Shown here in pieces: positions 1-9,510 of a stretch of DNA of 64,000 bases (within the stretch, counting starts at the first letter, position 1; every line of letters starts with the position of its first letter). A program made the position numbers and the translations under genes. The notes under the pieces are model-generated. The model was not told the DNA's origin, searched no databases, and saw only the letters and a program-made list of their open reading frames with translations. Origin of the DNA: an uncultured SAR86 cluster bacterium (GTDB lineage Bacteria > Pseudomonadota > Gammaproteobacteria > Magnimaribacterales > AG-339-G14); the NCBI GenBank assembly GCA_902604535.1, contig CACKZK010000005.1:11020-75019 (forward strand). The letters are read 5' to 3'.

Positions 1-251
1 TGATTGTCATGCTTAATGGATAAAACATTATCTTTTGTTTCAACTTCAATATCTTTATCACCAAGACCGGCAACAGCAACTTCAATCGTGTAATCGTTAC
101 CATCCTTCCTAAGGTTATAGGGAGGATAGCTTGAAGATCTAGTATCAGGTAATTCGCTGAAAGTTCTTAGTGAATCGAAAAGGTTTTCAAAACCCAACCA
201 TCTTGATGAGAAAAAAGGATCGGAAAGATCCAATAAACTTCTATTAGTCAT
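1..251 (-). CDS. ibpA: Small heat shock protein, Hsp20/IbpA family (runs off window start; not in ORF track)
   Basis: Manual translation from ATG at 251: MTNRSLLDLSDPFFSSRWLGFENLFDSLRTFSELPDTRSSSYPPYNLRKDGNDYTIEVAVAGLGDKDIEVETKDNVLSIK. YPPYN and IEVAVAG motifs of IbpA; SD AAGGAG upstream. Confidence 0.9.
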   Translation of the reverse strand, partial: MTNRSLLDLSDPFFSSRWLGFENLFDSLRTFSELPDTRSSSYPPYNLRKDGNDYTIEVAVAGLGDKDIEVETKDNVLSIKHDN

Positions 252-339
252 AATTTACTCCTTGTATAAAGCAAGTTAAATTTAATTGGCACCTCTAAAG
301 AGCGTACCTCCAATGGATAGACTCATAAAGCAATCTATC
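252..339 (-). ncRNA. ROSE-like RNA thermometer in hsp20 5' UTR
   Basis: Three hairpins (316-339, 288-308, 252-282). The last, AAUUUAACUUGCUUUAUACAAGGAGUAAAUU, pairs UUGCU with the SD AGGA, the ROSE signature. Confidence 0.7.
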
Positions 340-348
340 TCGCTATAT

Positions 349-376
349 TTATGGTGATGAAATAGGAAATTTCAAG
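349..376 (-). promoter_or_regulatory. Sigma32 (RpoH) heat-shock promoter
   Basis: Minus strand CTTGAA-N14-CACCATAA, close to consensus CTTGAA-N13/14-CCCCATNT, upstream of hsp20. Confidence 0.75.
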
Positions 377-2810
377 AGTTGTAGGAAGTTTGATTCAGCT
401 CTTCGCGCCAATCTGGCATTATGAATTTCGACGCAGCAACTTGCATTTTTTTTGTAATTCTTGAAGCATAAATTAGTCCTTGCTCATCTTCTCTAACGAA
501 GCGTTGTTCAATAAGTTTTGATAAAAATTGCATGAAAGTCCATCTATCTGAAAATTCAGGTGCCATCCAGTCGTACTTAGCTTGAAGGTTTGTTGCTATT
601 TTTTTGCAAGATATTTCCAATTGATTCTTAGAGACATGATCGTTTTCATTTTTCCAGAGTTGCAACATAAGAATATAAAACCTATCTATTGTTGGTTGGA
701 TCATTCTTCCAAGAGACTTTGTTTCCAGATAATGAGGCGAGTCAAAAGGAGGTCTCTTGTAAAGATCTCCATCATTAGACAATAATTTTAAGGCTACTAA
801 AGAGTCTAAACGCTTATCAATTTCATGTTTTAGCTCTACGTTAGTCCATTTTAAGAATAGTTCTCCTTTTAAATATGGATAGAGCATTTCTATGATCTCT
901 ATGATTTCATCTTTCGAAACTTCTTCTCTGGCCTGGAAAATACCACAAATGAAAGATTCTAATGTCAGCAAGTGGAGAATGGTATTTCTGTAGAAACTCA
1001 TCATTGCCCCCTGCGCTTTATTTAATTTAACAAGAGATTTATCGCCGTCATCTAGCTTTGGAATTAGTTTCAACGCATTTACTTGTTCAAGTAATTTTTT
1101 ACTTGATTGAGTTGGGAGGACTGTTTTGTTGGAATATCGAGAAGAATTCATCAAAGAAATATACAGATCAATGCGATTCTCGAGTTTATCTTTTGGAAGA
1201 CTATGATTATTTGAATTTAAAAGAGCTACAGCAACCAAACTTGAGGAAGTCACTACAGTACTTTCGTTTATGTTCATCATGATTTTTTCACCAAGTTTTG
1301 GTGTCGCATTAAATAGCCAGTTTGTATCGTCTGACGATGTGCCGTTAGTTTGAGAATCCTTACTTTCCCAATCTGGATCTTGGGCATCAAGAAAATCTTT
1401 CAAATCAATAGGGTCTCCAAATTGTAGATAGGCATTACCCAAGAAACCTCTAAAATCACTGGCAACTCTGAAGATATCTGAAATTCTTTCTTTTCTTTTT
1501 TTTCCACCCATGAGCTCGGATAAATATGAATTTCCCTCCAGCACTTTCTCATAATTGATACTTACCGGAATAAATTTCACAGGTTTTTCTGTTCTGCTCT
1601 TAAAAGATCTGATCAACATGGAAAGAAGACCGGGTCTTGGAGGAAGAAGCTTGCCTGATCTGCTTCTTGTCCCCTCAGGAAAAAACTCGATTGAATTACC
1701 TCTAATTAAAAGTTTCTTTAGGTGTTCAAAAAATACAATTGAATAAAGCCTATTCTCACTAAAAGATCTTCTCATGAAGAAAGCACCGCCGTTTCTGAGG
1801 ATTCGGCCCAGAAAAGGTAAATTTAAATTAATTCCAGCTGCTATTTGAGGCAGCATTAAGTCATTTTTATAAAGGATGTAAGAAAGAGCTAGATAATCAA
1901 CATGACTTCTATGGCAGGGAGTAAAAATTAAAGAATTATCAACTGCTAGATTTTTAACTTTTTCTAACCCTATGAATTTAAGCTCTTCGTATCTGTTGTT
2001 CCAAAGCCAAGATAAAGCTGCATCGTATAAAGAACCTACCACTGTATAGGAGACGTCTGAGCAAATCTCTTCTGCATATTTTATTGCTCTTTTTTTGAGA
2101 AGCATGACTTTTCTCTTATTACTTCCTGCCTCCGATTCAATGTATTTATTAATTTCTTTTGAATTCACTAAAGTTTTTATCCAGTTTCTCCTATGAGAAA
2201 CATCCAATCCGAGAATAGCTTGCTTATTTTTTCTAAAACGACCTCTTAGTAATCTTTCTGTTTTTAGTAGAATTTTCTCTGCAGACTCTCTATCTTCGAA
2301 AATATCTTCCATCTCCAATGCATTTAAAAATCTAACTTTTACCTGTCTACCGTTGATAAGTAATCGTAGGTATCTTTTGATAATTGATGTGCCTTCCCAA
2401 GATTCAGAAAATAATTTTTTCATGAGGTTATCTTGGCTTTCGGCACCTTTTCCCCAGTAAACATCTACCGGAATTATTTTTAATTTTTTAGAAATATCCG
2501 GATATTTACTTATTTCATAAAGATCATCGGAGTGTTTTCTTTTTGATCTTGCCCAGGGGAGAAGTTGTTTAGGTTCTTTCAACTGAAAATAGTTTCTATT
2601 GATTGGAGAAATAGCACTTCTATTACTGGGTCTTATAAAGCCCATTTTTTTGCAGATTTTATCCACTGCTGCAAGGTTCGTAGAAGAGTCGTTAGATAAT
2701 GCAAAAATGAAATCACCCTTGAGTAATTCTGGAATATTGTCATTCTCAAATTCAGCTTCTGCGCGAATGAATGCCTTAAGAAATCCATTAAAGATGTTAA
2801 TATTCGCCAT
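372..2810 (-). CDS. plsB: Glycerol-3-phosphate 1-O-acyltransferase
   Basis: 812 aa; HRSHVDY (HxxxxD), GAFFMRR and FFPEGTRSRSGK acyltransferase blocks. Confidence 0.93.
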   Translation of the reverse strand: MANINIFNGFLKAFIRAEAEFENDNIPELLKGDFIFALSNDSSTNLAAVDKICKKMGFIRPSNRSAISPINRNYFQLKEPKQLLPWARSKRKHSDDLYEISKYPDISKKLKIIPVDVYWGKGAESQDNLMKKLFSESWEGTSIIKRYLRLLINGRQVKVRFLNALEMEDIFEDRESAEKILLKTERLLRGRFRKNKQAILGLDVSHRRNWIKTLVNSKEINKYIESEAGSNKRKVMLLKKRAIKYAEEICSDVSYTVVGSLYDAALSWLWNNRYEELKFIGLEKVKNLAVDNSLIFTPCHRSHVDYLALSYILYKNDLMLPQIAAGINLNLPFLGRILRNGGAFFMRRSFSENRLYSIVFFEHLKKLLIRGNSIEFFPEGTRSRSGKLLPPRPGLLSMLIRSFKSRTEKPVKFIPVSINYEKVLEGNSYLSELMGGKKRKERISDIFRVASDFRGFLGNAYLQFGDPIDLKDFLDAQDPDWESKDSQTNGTSSDDTNWLFNATPKLGEKIMMNINESTVVTSSSLVAVALLNSNNHSLPKDKLENRIDLYISLMNSSRYSNKTVLPTQSSKKLLEQVNALKLIPKLDDGDKSLVKLNKAQGAMMSFYRNTILHLLTLESFICGIFQAREEVSKDEIIEIIEMLYPYLKGELFLKWTNVELKHEIDKRLDSLVALKLLSNDGDLYKRPPFDSPHYLETKSLGRMIQPTIDRFYILMLQLWKNENDHVSKNQLEISCKKIATNLQAKYDWMAPEFSDRWTFMQFLSKLIEQRFVREDEQGLIYASRITKKMQVAASKFIMPDWREELNQTSYNS

Positions 2811-2863
2811 TAGATAGAATCCGCTAAGTAAATTTTAGATTTCGATCGAATTTTACATGATTT

Positions 2864-2949
2864 GCCGGAGTGGCGGAATTGGTAGACGCGCTCGATTCAA
2901 AATCGAGTGCCCACAAGGCGTGAGAGTTCGAGTCTCTCCTCCGGCACCA
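2864..2949 (+). tRNA. tRNA-Leu(CAA)
   Basis: Acceptor GCCGGAG/CTCCGGC, anticodon arm CTCGA-TTCAAAA-TCGAG, long variable arm, GTTCGAG T-loop, CCA end. Confidence 0.95.
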
Positions 2950-2962
2950 AAAGTGAGGAATT

Positions 2963-3283
2963 ATGAAAGAAGTAGAAATAATAACTGCCCAAACATCAGG
3001 TTTTTTTGGAACGCAACTTATAATGATTTTTGGTTTCATATTGTTGTTATACTTTTTGCTCATCAGACCCCAAAATAAAAGGCTGAAGGCTCATCAAGAA
3101 TTAGTAAATAATCTAGAAATTGGAGATGAAGTTATTACCTCTGGAGGTATTGTTTGCACTTTAGTAAAGCTGTCAGATACATACGTTATTGCCAGAACTG
3201 GAAACAATCAAGAAATAGTTATCCAACGCCAACAAATTAACAGCGTTCTTCCAAAAGGAACCGTAAAATCACTATTTGAATAA
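2963..3283 (+). CDS. yajC: Preprotein translocase subunit YajC
   Basis: YFLLIRPQ and GDEVITSGGI motifs; upstream of secD. Confidence 0.93.
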   Translation: MKEVEIITAQTSGFFGTQLIMIFGFILLLYFLLIRPQNKRLKAHQELVNNLEIGDEVITSGGIVCTLVKLSDTYVIARTGNNQEIVIQRQQINSVLPKGTVKSLFE

Positions 3284-3285
3284 AA

Positions 3286-5115
3286 TTGACTAATTTTTCT
3301 CTTTGGAAATACATCCTTGTTTTAGGAGTATTTGTATTTGGGATTGTTTATGCTTTGCCCAATCTAAGCCCTCCTGATCCGGCTGTTCAAGTTTCTCTCC
3401 AAAGTGCCGGAGACACTTTTGACAGTCGTATAGTTCAGTCAGTAAGTAAGATAGCTAAAAGAGAGGGTATTCTCAATGAAAATATTGAAGTAAATCAAAA
3501 ATCCTTACTTTTAAGAACAAACTCTTACGAAGAACAAATAAAATTGAAGGATGAGTTGCGAAAAGAACTAGGCCCAGACTATGTTGTTGCACTAAATTTA
3601 GCTTATTCAACACCTGCCTGGCTTCAAAATCTGAATGCCACTCCATTAAAACTAGGTTTAGATTTAAGAGGAGGAATCTACTTTTTATTAGAAGTAGATA
3701 CTGATTCGCTAATAGAAACAAGACTTGAAGCGAATGCAGAAGACTTTAAAAGAAGGCTTCGTGAAGAGTCTTTAAATTTTAGATCCGTTGAAAGCAACGA
3801 AGAATCAGTTACTTTTCTTTTTTCGACTGAAGAAGATAAATCAGACTCTTTAATATTTTTAAGAGGCTTCCTAACAGATTTTGAAATTGATGAGGAATCT
3901 GAATCATTCAAAATTAAATTTTCTAGAGAAGGCATTAAATCAATACAGGATTATGCAGTTCAGCAAAATTTAACTACTTTAAGGAATAGAGTTAATGAGT
4001 TGGGTGTTTCTGAACCAGTTGTTCAAAGGGAAGGGACTAAAAGAATTTCTGTTCAATTACCTGGAATACAAGATACTGCCGAAGCAAAAAAAATAATTGG
4101 TAAAACCGCCAACCTAGAATTCAGACTTGAAGCAAATAATCGTACCTTGAGGTCAAGAAAAGAGGCTTTTGATTTCAGGGGTGTTAGCGTAGACCTAGAA
4201 AAAAATATAATTATTTCAGGAGATAAGGTAGCTGATGCAAATGTTGGTTATGACGAGAGCGGATTTCCGCAAGTAAATATTACTCTTGACGGAGAGGGCG
4301 GAGCGAAAATGCATAGGTCAACAAGAAATAATGTTGGCAGAAAAATGGCTGTCCTTTTCATTGAAAGAAAGTCAGCAGCCAAAGAAGTCATTCTTCCTGA
4401 CGGAACTTTAGATTTAATCATCGAACCTGTGATTACTAAGAGAGTGATAAGTCTTGCAACAATTCAATCAGCACTGCCCAATAGATTTAGGATTACCGGG
4501 CTTGACTCACCTAATGAGGCATCTGAATTAGCATTATTATTGCGGGCAGGTGCTTTGGCAGCTCCTATGGAGTTTGTGGAAGAAAGCACAGTAGGACCAA
4601 GTCTTGGAGCTGAAAACATAAGATTAGGAGTTCAATCATTAATCTTGGGACTCTTTTTGGTTTTAATATTTATGATTATTTACTATAAGATCTTTGGACT
4701 ATTCGCCAACATAGCAGTAATTTTTAACTTGATTCTCATCACTGCAATCATGTCAATCTTATCTGCCACTTTAACGTTGCCAGGCATCGCAGGAATTGTT
4801 TTGACTGTCGGTATGGCTGTAGATGCCAATGTATTAATTTTTTCAAGAATTCGAGAAGAACTTAAAAATAATTCCAGGGCAACAGATGCGATCATTGCTG
4901 GTTATGACAGAGCTTTCGTAACTATTCTTGATGCAAATATAACGACTTTAATAGTTGCGGTTATTCTTTATGCCATTGGCTCAGGACCTATCAAAGGCTT
5001 TGCTATAACTTTAAGCATTGGAATAGTTACCTCGATGTTTACCTCAATTCTTGGTACTAGGGCTATGGTTTCATTGGTCTATCGAAACAATAAGGCAAGG
5101 AGGCTTTGGATATAA
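3286..5115 (+). CDS. secD: Protein translocase subunit SecD
   Basis: LGLDLRGG, RVNELGVSEP, GMAVDANVLI motifs. Confidence 0.96.
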   Translation: MTNFSLWKYILVLGVFVFGIVYALPNLSPPDPAVQVSLQSAGDTFDSRIVQSVSKIAKREGILNENIEVNQKSLLLRTNSYEEQIKLKDELRKELGPDYVVALNLAYSTPAWLQNLNATPLKLGLDLRGGIYFLLEVDTDSLIETRLEANAEDFKRRLREESLNFRSVESNEESVTFLFSTEEDKSDSLIFLRGFLTDFEIDEESESFKIKFSREGIKSIQDYAVQQNLTTLRNRVNELGVSEPVVQREGTKRISVQLPGIQDTAEAKKIIGKTANLEFRLEANNRTLRSRKEAFDFRGVSVDLEKNIIISGDKVADANVGYDESGFPQVNITLDGEGGAKMHRSTRNNVGRKMAVLFIERKSAAKEVILPDGTLDLIIEPVITKRVISLATIQSALPNRFRITGLDSPNEASELALLLRAGALAAPMEFVEESTVGPSLGAENIRLGVQSLILGLFLVLIFMIIYYKIFGLFANIAVIFNLILITAIMSILSATLTLPGIAGIVLTVGMAVDANVLIFSRIREELKNNSRATDAIIAGYDRAFVTILDANITTLIVAVILYAIGSGPIKGFAITLSIGIVTSMFTSILGTRAMVSLVYRNNKARRLWI

Positions 5116-6017
5116 TGAACTTTAATTTAGATTTTCTTAGATTCAGATTCATTGCTCTGATTGTGTCTGGTTCTTTGATTTTAGTGTCTCTAGCTACGAT
5201 CTCTATTCAACAACTCCAACTTGGTTTGGATTTCACGGGAGGAACTCTTGTGGAAGTTGGATTTTCTGAAACCGTTGATCCAGAGGAGATAAGAATTTAT
5301 CTTGAAGCAAAAGAGATAGATGCTTTAGTTCAGGCCTTTGGTTCTGATAAAGACTTACTTATTAAAATTCCAAGTTCAGAGAATATAGAAAATGCAAATA
5401 TAGTTATTGATTCTTTAAGACAACAATATACATTTCAATTGAGAAGATCAGGTTTTGTTGGGCCCCAAGTTGGTGGCGAGTTGAGAGACCAAGGAGGGCT
5501 GGGTCTATTAGCAGCTTTACTAGTTATGATGATTTACATCATGTTTAGGTTTCAATACAAATTTGCAATTGGAGCTGTCGTTGCTCTTTTTCATGATGTT
5601 CTAATTGTCTTGGGTATTTTCTCAATATTTAGAATGGAATTTGATCTTTCTGTCTTAGCAGCGCTTATGGCAGTCATTGGATATTCTTTGAATGATACGA
5701 TCGTAGTATCAGATAGGATCAGAGAAAATTTTAGAGCTAAGAGAAAGTTAAATAGTGAACAAGTCATCAATAGATCTCTTAACAATACGTTGGGCCGAAC
5801 TCTAATCACATCACTGACTACGTTATTAGTTTTATTTTCTCTGCTTTTCTTGGGCGGAGAGATTATCAGAAATTTTGCTATCGCTTTATCCATAGGAGTT
5901 GTTATTGGGACTTACTCATCAATTTACGTCTTAACCAATGTTTTACTCTCCATGAACATTAGTGCAGATGATCTTGCTGAAAGATCTAAAGACAGTTTTG
6001 ATGACGGAATGCCTTAG
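5115..6017 (+). CDS. secF: Protein translocase subunit SecF (ATG at 5115 preferred over 5106)
   Basis: GLDFTGG, GYSLNDTIVVSDRIREN motifs; ATG overlaps secD stop. Confidence 0.95.
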   Translation: MNFNLDFLRFRFIALIVSGSLILVSLATISIQQLQLGLDFTGGTLVEVGFSETVDPEEIRIYLEAKEIDALVQAFGSDKDLLIKIPSSENIENANIVIDSLRQQYTFQLRRSGFVGPQVGGELRDQGGLGLLAALLVMMIYIMFRFQYKFAIGAVVALFHDVLIVLGIFSIFRMEFDLSVLAALMAVIGYSLNDTIVVSDRIRENFRAKRKLNSEQVINRSLNNTLGRTLITSLTTLLVLFSLLFLGGEIIRNFAIALSIGVVIGTYSSIYVLTNVLLSMNISADDLAERSKDSFDDGMP

Positions 6018-6805
6018 GAAGTCGCATCAATAAATGCTTTAACCATTGGTGGCATACATTTAGGACTGCAAGCAATTAAATGGTGGCTATCGTAAGGATC
6101 TGGATTTCCTAAAATGTCACTGACAAGTCCTCCTGCTTCTTTAACCAATAAAATACCGGCAGCAACATCCCATTGCTTTAGACCATAGCCCCAAAAACCA
6201 TCCAAATAACCAGCTGCAACGTATGCAAGATCAAGAGCGGTGGATCCAGTTCGCCTGATAGTCAAACCGTGTGAATATAAATTTCTCATTGCCATCAATT
6301 GATCTAGTTTAGGTTCATTATCTGCATCAAAGTGAGACGATGAGGAAAGAAGTGAACCTCTTAGACCTCTGATTTTGCTTACCCTGATTCTTGTTTGATT
6401 GAGGTAAGCTCCTTTCCCTTTACTTGCAGTGAACTCATCATTTCTGGAAACGTCAACAATGATCGCATGCTCAGGTTCATTGTTGATATAACAAGCAATG
6501 GAAATAGAAAAATAAGGAAATCCATGAATAAAATTTGTCGTTCCATCAAGAGGATCTATTATCCACTTACACTCTGCTCTGGGGTTACCAATGAAACCCG
6601 ATTCCTCTCCATGAAAAGAATGATCGGGGAATGACTCTCTTATTGTATCTATGAGGATTGCTTCAACTTTTTTGTCGACTTGAGTTACGAAATCTACAGG
6701 AGCCTTCTCAGATATGGTCAGTTTTTCTCTTCTTTTGTAAAAGTAGTGAATTTCTTTTGCAGCAAGACGAGCAGCTTTAATTGCAATGTTAACTTTAGGC
6801 TCCAT
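6014..6805 (-). CDS. suhB: Inositol monophosphatase family protein SuhB
   Basis: WIIDPLDGTTNF and WDVAAG motifs; divergent from trmJ as in gammaproteobacteria. Confidence 0.92.
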   Translation of the reverse strand: MEPKVNIAIKAARLAAKEIHYFYKRREKLTISEKAPVDFVTQVDKKVEAILIDTIRESFPDHSFHGEESGFIGNPRAECKWIIDPLDGTTNFIHGFPYFSISIACYINNEPEHAIIVDVSRNDEFTASKGKGAYLNQTRIRVSKIRGLRGSLLSSSSHFDADNEPKLDQLMAMRNLYSHGLTIRRTGSTALDLAYVAAGYLDGFWGYGLKQWDVAAGILLVKEAGGLVSDILGNPDPYDSHHLIACSPKCMPPMVKAFIDATS

Positions 6806-6861
6806 GAGGGATGCTAGTGTAACAGACGATGATGAATCATAATTATAATGCTTAGATTATT

Positions 6862-7587
6862 ATGAAAATATTTCAAAATTTAAATTTTGTTCTCGTAGAA
6901 ACTTCTCATCCCGGAAATATTGGAGCTTGTGCCAGAGCAATGAACTCTATGGGCATCTTAAATTTATTATTAGTGAATCCTAAAGAATTTCCAAGTAAAG
7001 AAGCCGAAGCAAGGGCTAAATCAGGGAAGAAAGTTTTAAATAAAGCTAAAGTTCACAAAAACATAAATGAAGCGATCGGTACATCAAATTTGATTATTGG
7101 AACAAGCGCAAGATCAAGATCAATGCCGTGGCCAATGATGGAGGTAAGTAACTTAGGAAAAACTATTAATGATTCTCTAGCAAATAAAGACGAAGTATCC
7201 ATAGTCTTTGGTAACGAAGCAGTCGGCTTAGATAATGAGGATCTTGGAAAATGTGACTTTCACCTTCAGATCCCTACTTTTAAAGATAGCTCGTTAAACT
7301 TATCGCATGCAGTGCAGGTAGTTGCTTATGAAATATATAAGGAATCTTTTTCATCAGATTCAAAAGGCCAAGAAAGAGAAGTTGATTTGGCGACAAGCAT
7401 GCAAAAAGAAAAATTAATTGAGCACATTGAAAGAGTACTAGAGTTATTAGACTTTTATGATCATAAAAATCCTAAACAAGTTCCTGCTCGTTTGAGAAGA
7501 CTTACAAAGAGAATGCAGCTAGATAAACTTGAAATAGGTATCCTTAGAGGAATTTTGTCTAAGCTTGAAGATCGACTTAACAAATAA
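6862..7587 (+). CDS. trmJ: tRNA (cytidine/uridine-2'-O)-methyltransferase, SPOUT family
   Basis: HPGNIGACARAM, FGNEAVGL, SLNLSHAV motifs. Confidence 0.9.
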   Translation: MKIFQNLNFVLVETSHPGNIGACARAMNSMGILNLLLVNPKEFPSKEAEARAKSGKKVLNKAKVHKNINEAIGTSNLIIGTSARSRSMPWPMMEVSNLGKTINDSLANKDEVSIVFGNEAVGLDNEDLGKCDFHLQIPTFKDSSLNLSHAVQVVAYEIYKESFSSDSKGQEREVDLATSMQKEKLIEHIERVLELLDFYDHKNPKQVPARLRRLTKRMQLDKLEIGILRGILSKLEDRLNK

Positions 7588-7618
7588 ATAAAGCGTGCTA
7601 AAATCGCTCTCCTATGTT

Positions 7619-7693
7619 GTCCCCTTCGTCTAGTGGTTAGGACACCGGGTTTTCATCTCGGCAACAGGGGTTCGAATCCCCTAGGGGACGCCA
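7619..7693 (+). tRNA. tRNA-Glu(TTC)
   Basis: GTCCCCT/AGGGGAC acceptor, CCGGG-TTTTCAT-CTCGG anticodon arm, GGTTCGAATCC, CCA. Confidence 0.95.
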
Positions 7694-7766
7694 CCTTAAA
7701 CAATGTCCTATTATAAGGCAAAGCTTTCTTCTTTGGCTGAAATTCCCTTTGCATAAGCAATAGCGA

Positions 7767-7783
7767 TGCACTAATTTAGTTCA
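7767..7783. promoter_or_regulatory. Possible NtrC-type binding site upstream of glnK
   Basis: TGCACTAATTTAGTTCA versus consensus TGCACCA-N3-TGGTGCA. Confidence 0.4.
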
Positions 7784-7835
7784 ATCTAGTCTAATTATTT
7801 CCTTAACATTGTTAGGGCTTAGTTATTGAGCCCTT

Positions 7836-8174
7836 ATGAAGTTACTTACATTGATTGTAAAACCATCAAAAACTGAATTAGTTAAGGAAGCTTTACATTC
7901 TTCAGGTATAGGTGGTGCAACAATAATAGAAGCTTCAGGTTATGGGTCACAAAAAGGTCAGTCCGAAACCTACCGGGGTACTGAGTATCGTGCAGATACA
8001 AATCCTAAGGTAATGTTTCAGGTAGCTTGTGATGATGGTGAAACTTCATCAATCATCGAGGCTGTCAGAAATGCTGCTGGTACAGGAAAGATTGGCGACG
8101 GGAAAATTTTTATAACTGAACTTACTGATGTTGTGAGAATTAGAACAGGTGAGACAGGCTCAAAAGCTATTTAA
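7836..8174 (+). CDS. glnK: P-II nitrogen regulatory protein GlnK
   Basis: 112 aa; T-loop GSQKGQSETYRGTEY (Y51), TGKIGDGKIF, RIRTGE; directly upstream of amtB. Confidence 0.93.
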   Translation: MKLLTLIVKPSKTELVKEALHSSGIGGATIIEASGYGSQKGQSETYRGTEYRADTNPKVMFQVACDDGETSSIIEAVRNAAGTGKIGDGKIFITELTDVVRIRTGETGSKAI

Positions 8175-8189
8175 TTTTAGGAGATTTTA

Positions 8190-9425
8190 ATGGATGAAAT
8201 AAAATTTGCGGTAGATACCTTTTACGCAATTATGGCTGGTGCCTTAGTTATGTTTATGGCTGCTGGTTTCACAATGTTGGAAGCTGGATTGGTTCAAAAG
8301 AAAGACGTATCGGAAATCGTAACAAAAAATTTAGGTTTATATTCAATTGCTTGCATCATGTATCTAGCATGCGGATTTATTTTAATGTATCCCGGATCCT
8401 CACTAATCGATGGAGTTATTCCTGGTATTGGATCTTCATGGGGTCTATCAACAGCTCTTCCTATCGAAGAAATAGGAATGGAATACGGTATGGACTATTC
8501 TCAACAAGCTGACTTCTTTTTCCAAGTAGTCTTTGTTGCAACAGCTATGTCTATTGTTTCAGGAGCAGTAGCTGGAAGAATGAAACTTTTACCATTCTTC
8601 TTGTTCGCTATTATCCTTACTGGTTTCATTTACCCTATTCAAGGTTACTGGAATTGGGGCGGCGGTTTCTTAAGCTCTGGAGGTTATTCAGACTACGCAG
8701 GTTCAGGAACAGTTCACTTATGTGGAGCGGCTGCAGCTTTAGCTTTAGTCACAGTTCTCGGTCCTAGAAAAGGAAAGTACGGTATGGACGGTTCAGTCAA
8801 TGCGATGCCAGGCTCAAATATTCCGATCGCTGCATTAGGAGCATGGATACTCTGGTTAGGTTGGTTTGGATTCAACGGTGGGTCAGAATTGATCATCAGT
8901 GATGAATCAAGTGCAATCGCAGTGAGTCAAGTATTCATGAATACAAACATGTCTGCAGCAGGTGGTGTTGTTGCCGCATTACTCACAAGCCTTGTTCTAA
9001 CTGGCAAATCGGATGTCACAATGGCCATAAACGGAGCCATTGCTGGATTAGTAGCTATTACTGCAGGTCCGAGTGCACCTACAGGTGGTGAGGCAGTAAT
9101 CATCGGTGCAATCGGTGGTGTCCTAGTCTACTTCTCAATATTGTTCTTTGAGAAAACCTTAAAAATGGATGATCCAGTTGGTGCTATTTCTGCTCACGGT
9201 ACAGTAGGTATTTACGGAGTAATGGTTGTTCCATTCACTTCGGATGCTTCATTCCTATGGCAGTTTTACGGAGTTCTTGCTATCGCAGGATTCACTTATG
9301 TTGCTAGCTTAATAGTTATCTACATCATCAATATGTTCTTAGCAATAAGAGCAACTGATGAAGAACAAGCGGCAGGTCTTGATTCTACTGAAATTGGAGT
9401 AGAGGCTTACCCAGAGTTCGACTAA
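8190..9425 (+). CDS. amtB: Ammonium transporter Amt
   Basis: DYAGSGTVH, WLGWFGFNGGS, DDPVGAISAHG (twin His); multi-pass membrane protein. Confidence 0.95.
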   Translation: MDEIKFAVDTFYAIMAGALVMFMAAGFTMLEAGLVQKKDVSEIVTKNLGLYSIACIMYLACGFILMYPGSSLIDGVIPGIGSSWGLSTALPIEEIGMEYGMDYSQQADFFFQVVFVATAMSIVSGAVAGRMKLLPFFLFAIILTGFIYPIQGYWNWGGGFLSSGGYSDYAGSGTVHLCGAAAALALVTVLGPRKGKYGMDGSVNAMPGSNIPIAALGAWILWLGWFGFNGGSELIISDESSAIAVSQVFMNTNMSAAGGVVAALLTSLVLTGKSDVTMAINGAIAGLVAITAGPSAPTGGEAVIIGAIGGVLVYFSILFFEKTLKMDDPVGAISAHGTVGIYGVMVVPFTSDASFLWQFYGVLAIAGFTYVASLIVIYIINMFLAIRATDEEQAAGLDSTEIGVEAYPEFD

Positions 9426-9444
9426 GTTTATTTTTTCCTCCCGC

Positions 9445-9479
9445 AAACAGGCGAGATTTTATCTCGCCTGTTTTTTTTT
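9445..9479 (+). terminator. Rho-independent terminator after amtB
   Basis: Perfect stem AAACAGGCGAGAT/ATCTCGCCTGTTT followed by T run. Confidence 0.9.
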
Positions 9480-9494
9480 ATTTTTTTAAAAAAA

Positions 9495-9503
9495 TGGTAT
9501 AAT
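9495..9503 (+). promoter_or_regulatory. Extended -10 sigma70 promoter for the riboswitch-peptide unit
   Basis: TGGTATAAT (TGn-TATAAT) ending 7 nt before the CGTTC aptamer start. Confidence 0.7.
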
Positions 9504-9510
9504 CGTCATA

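Noticed and set aside
2824-3078. ORFs 2824-3063 (-) and 2857-3078 (+)
   Set aside because: They overlap tRNA-Leu and yajC; translations of tRNA sequence
7723-7753. TGGC...TTGCA upstream of glnK as a sigma54 promoter
   Set aside because: GG to GC spacing is 14 nt rather than the required 10
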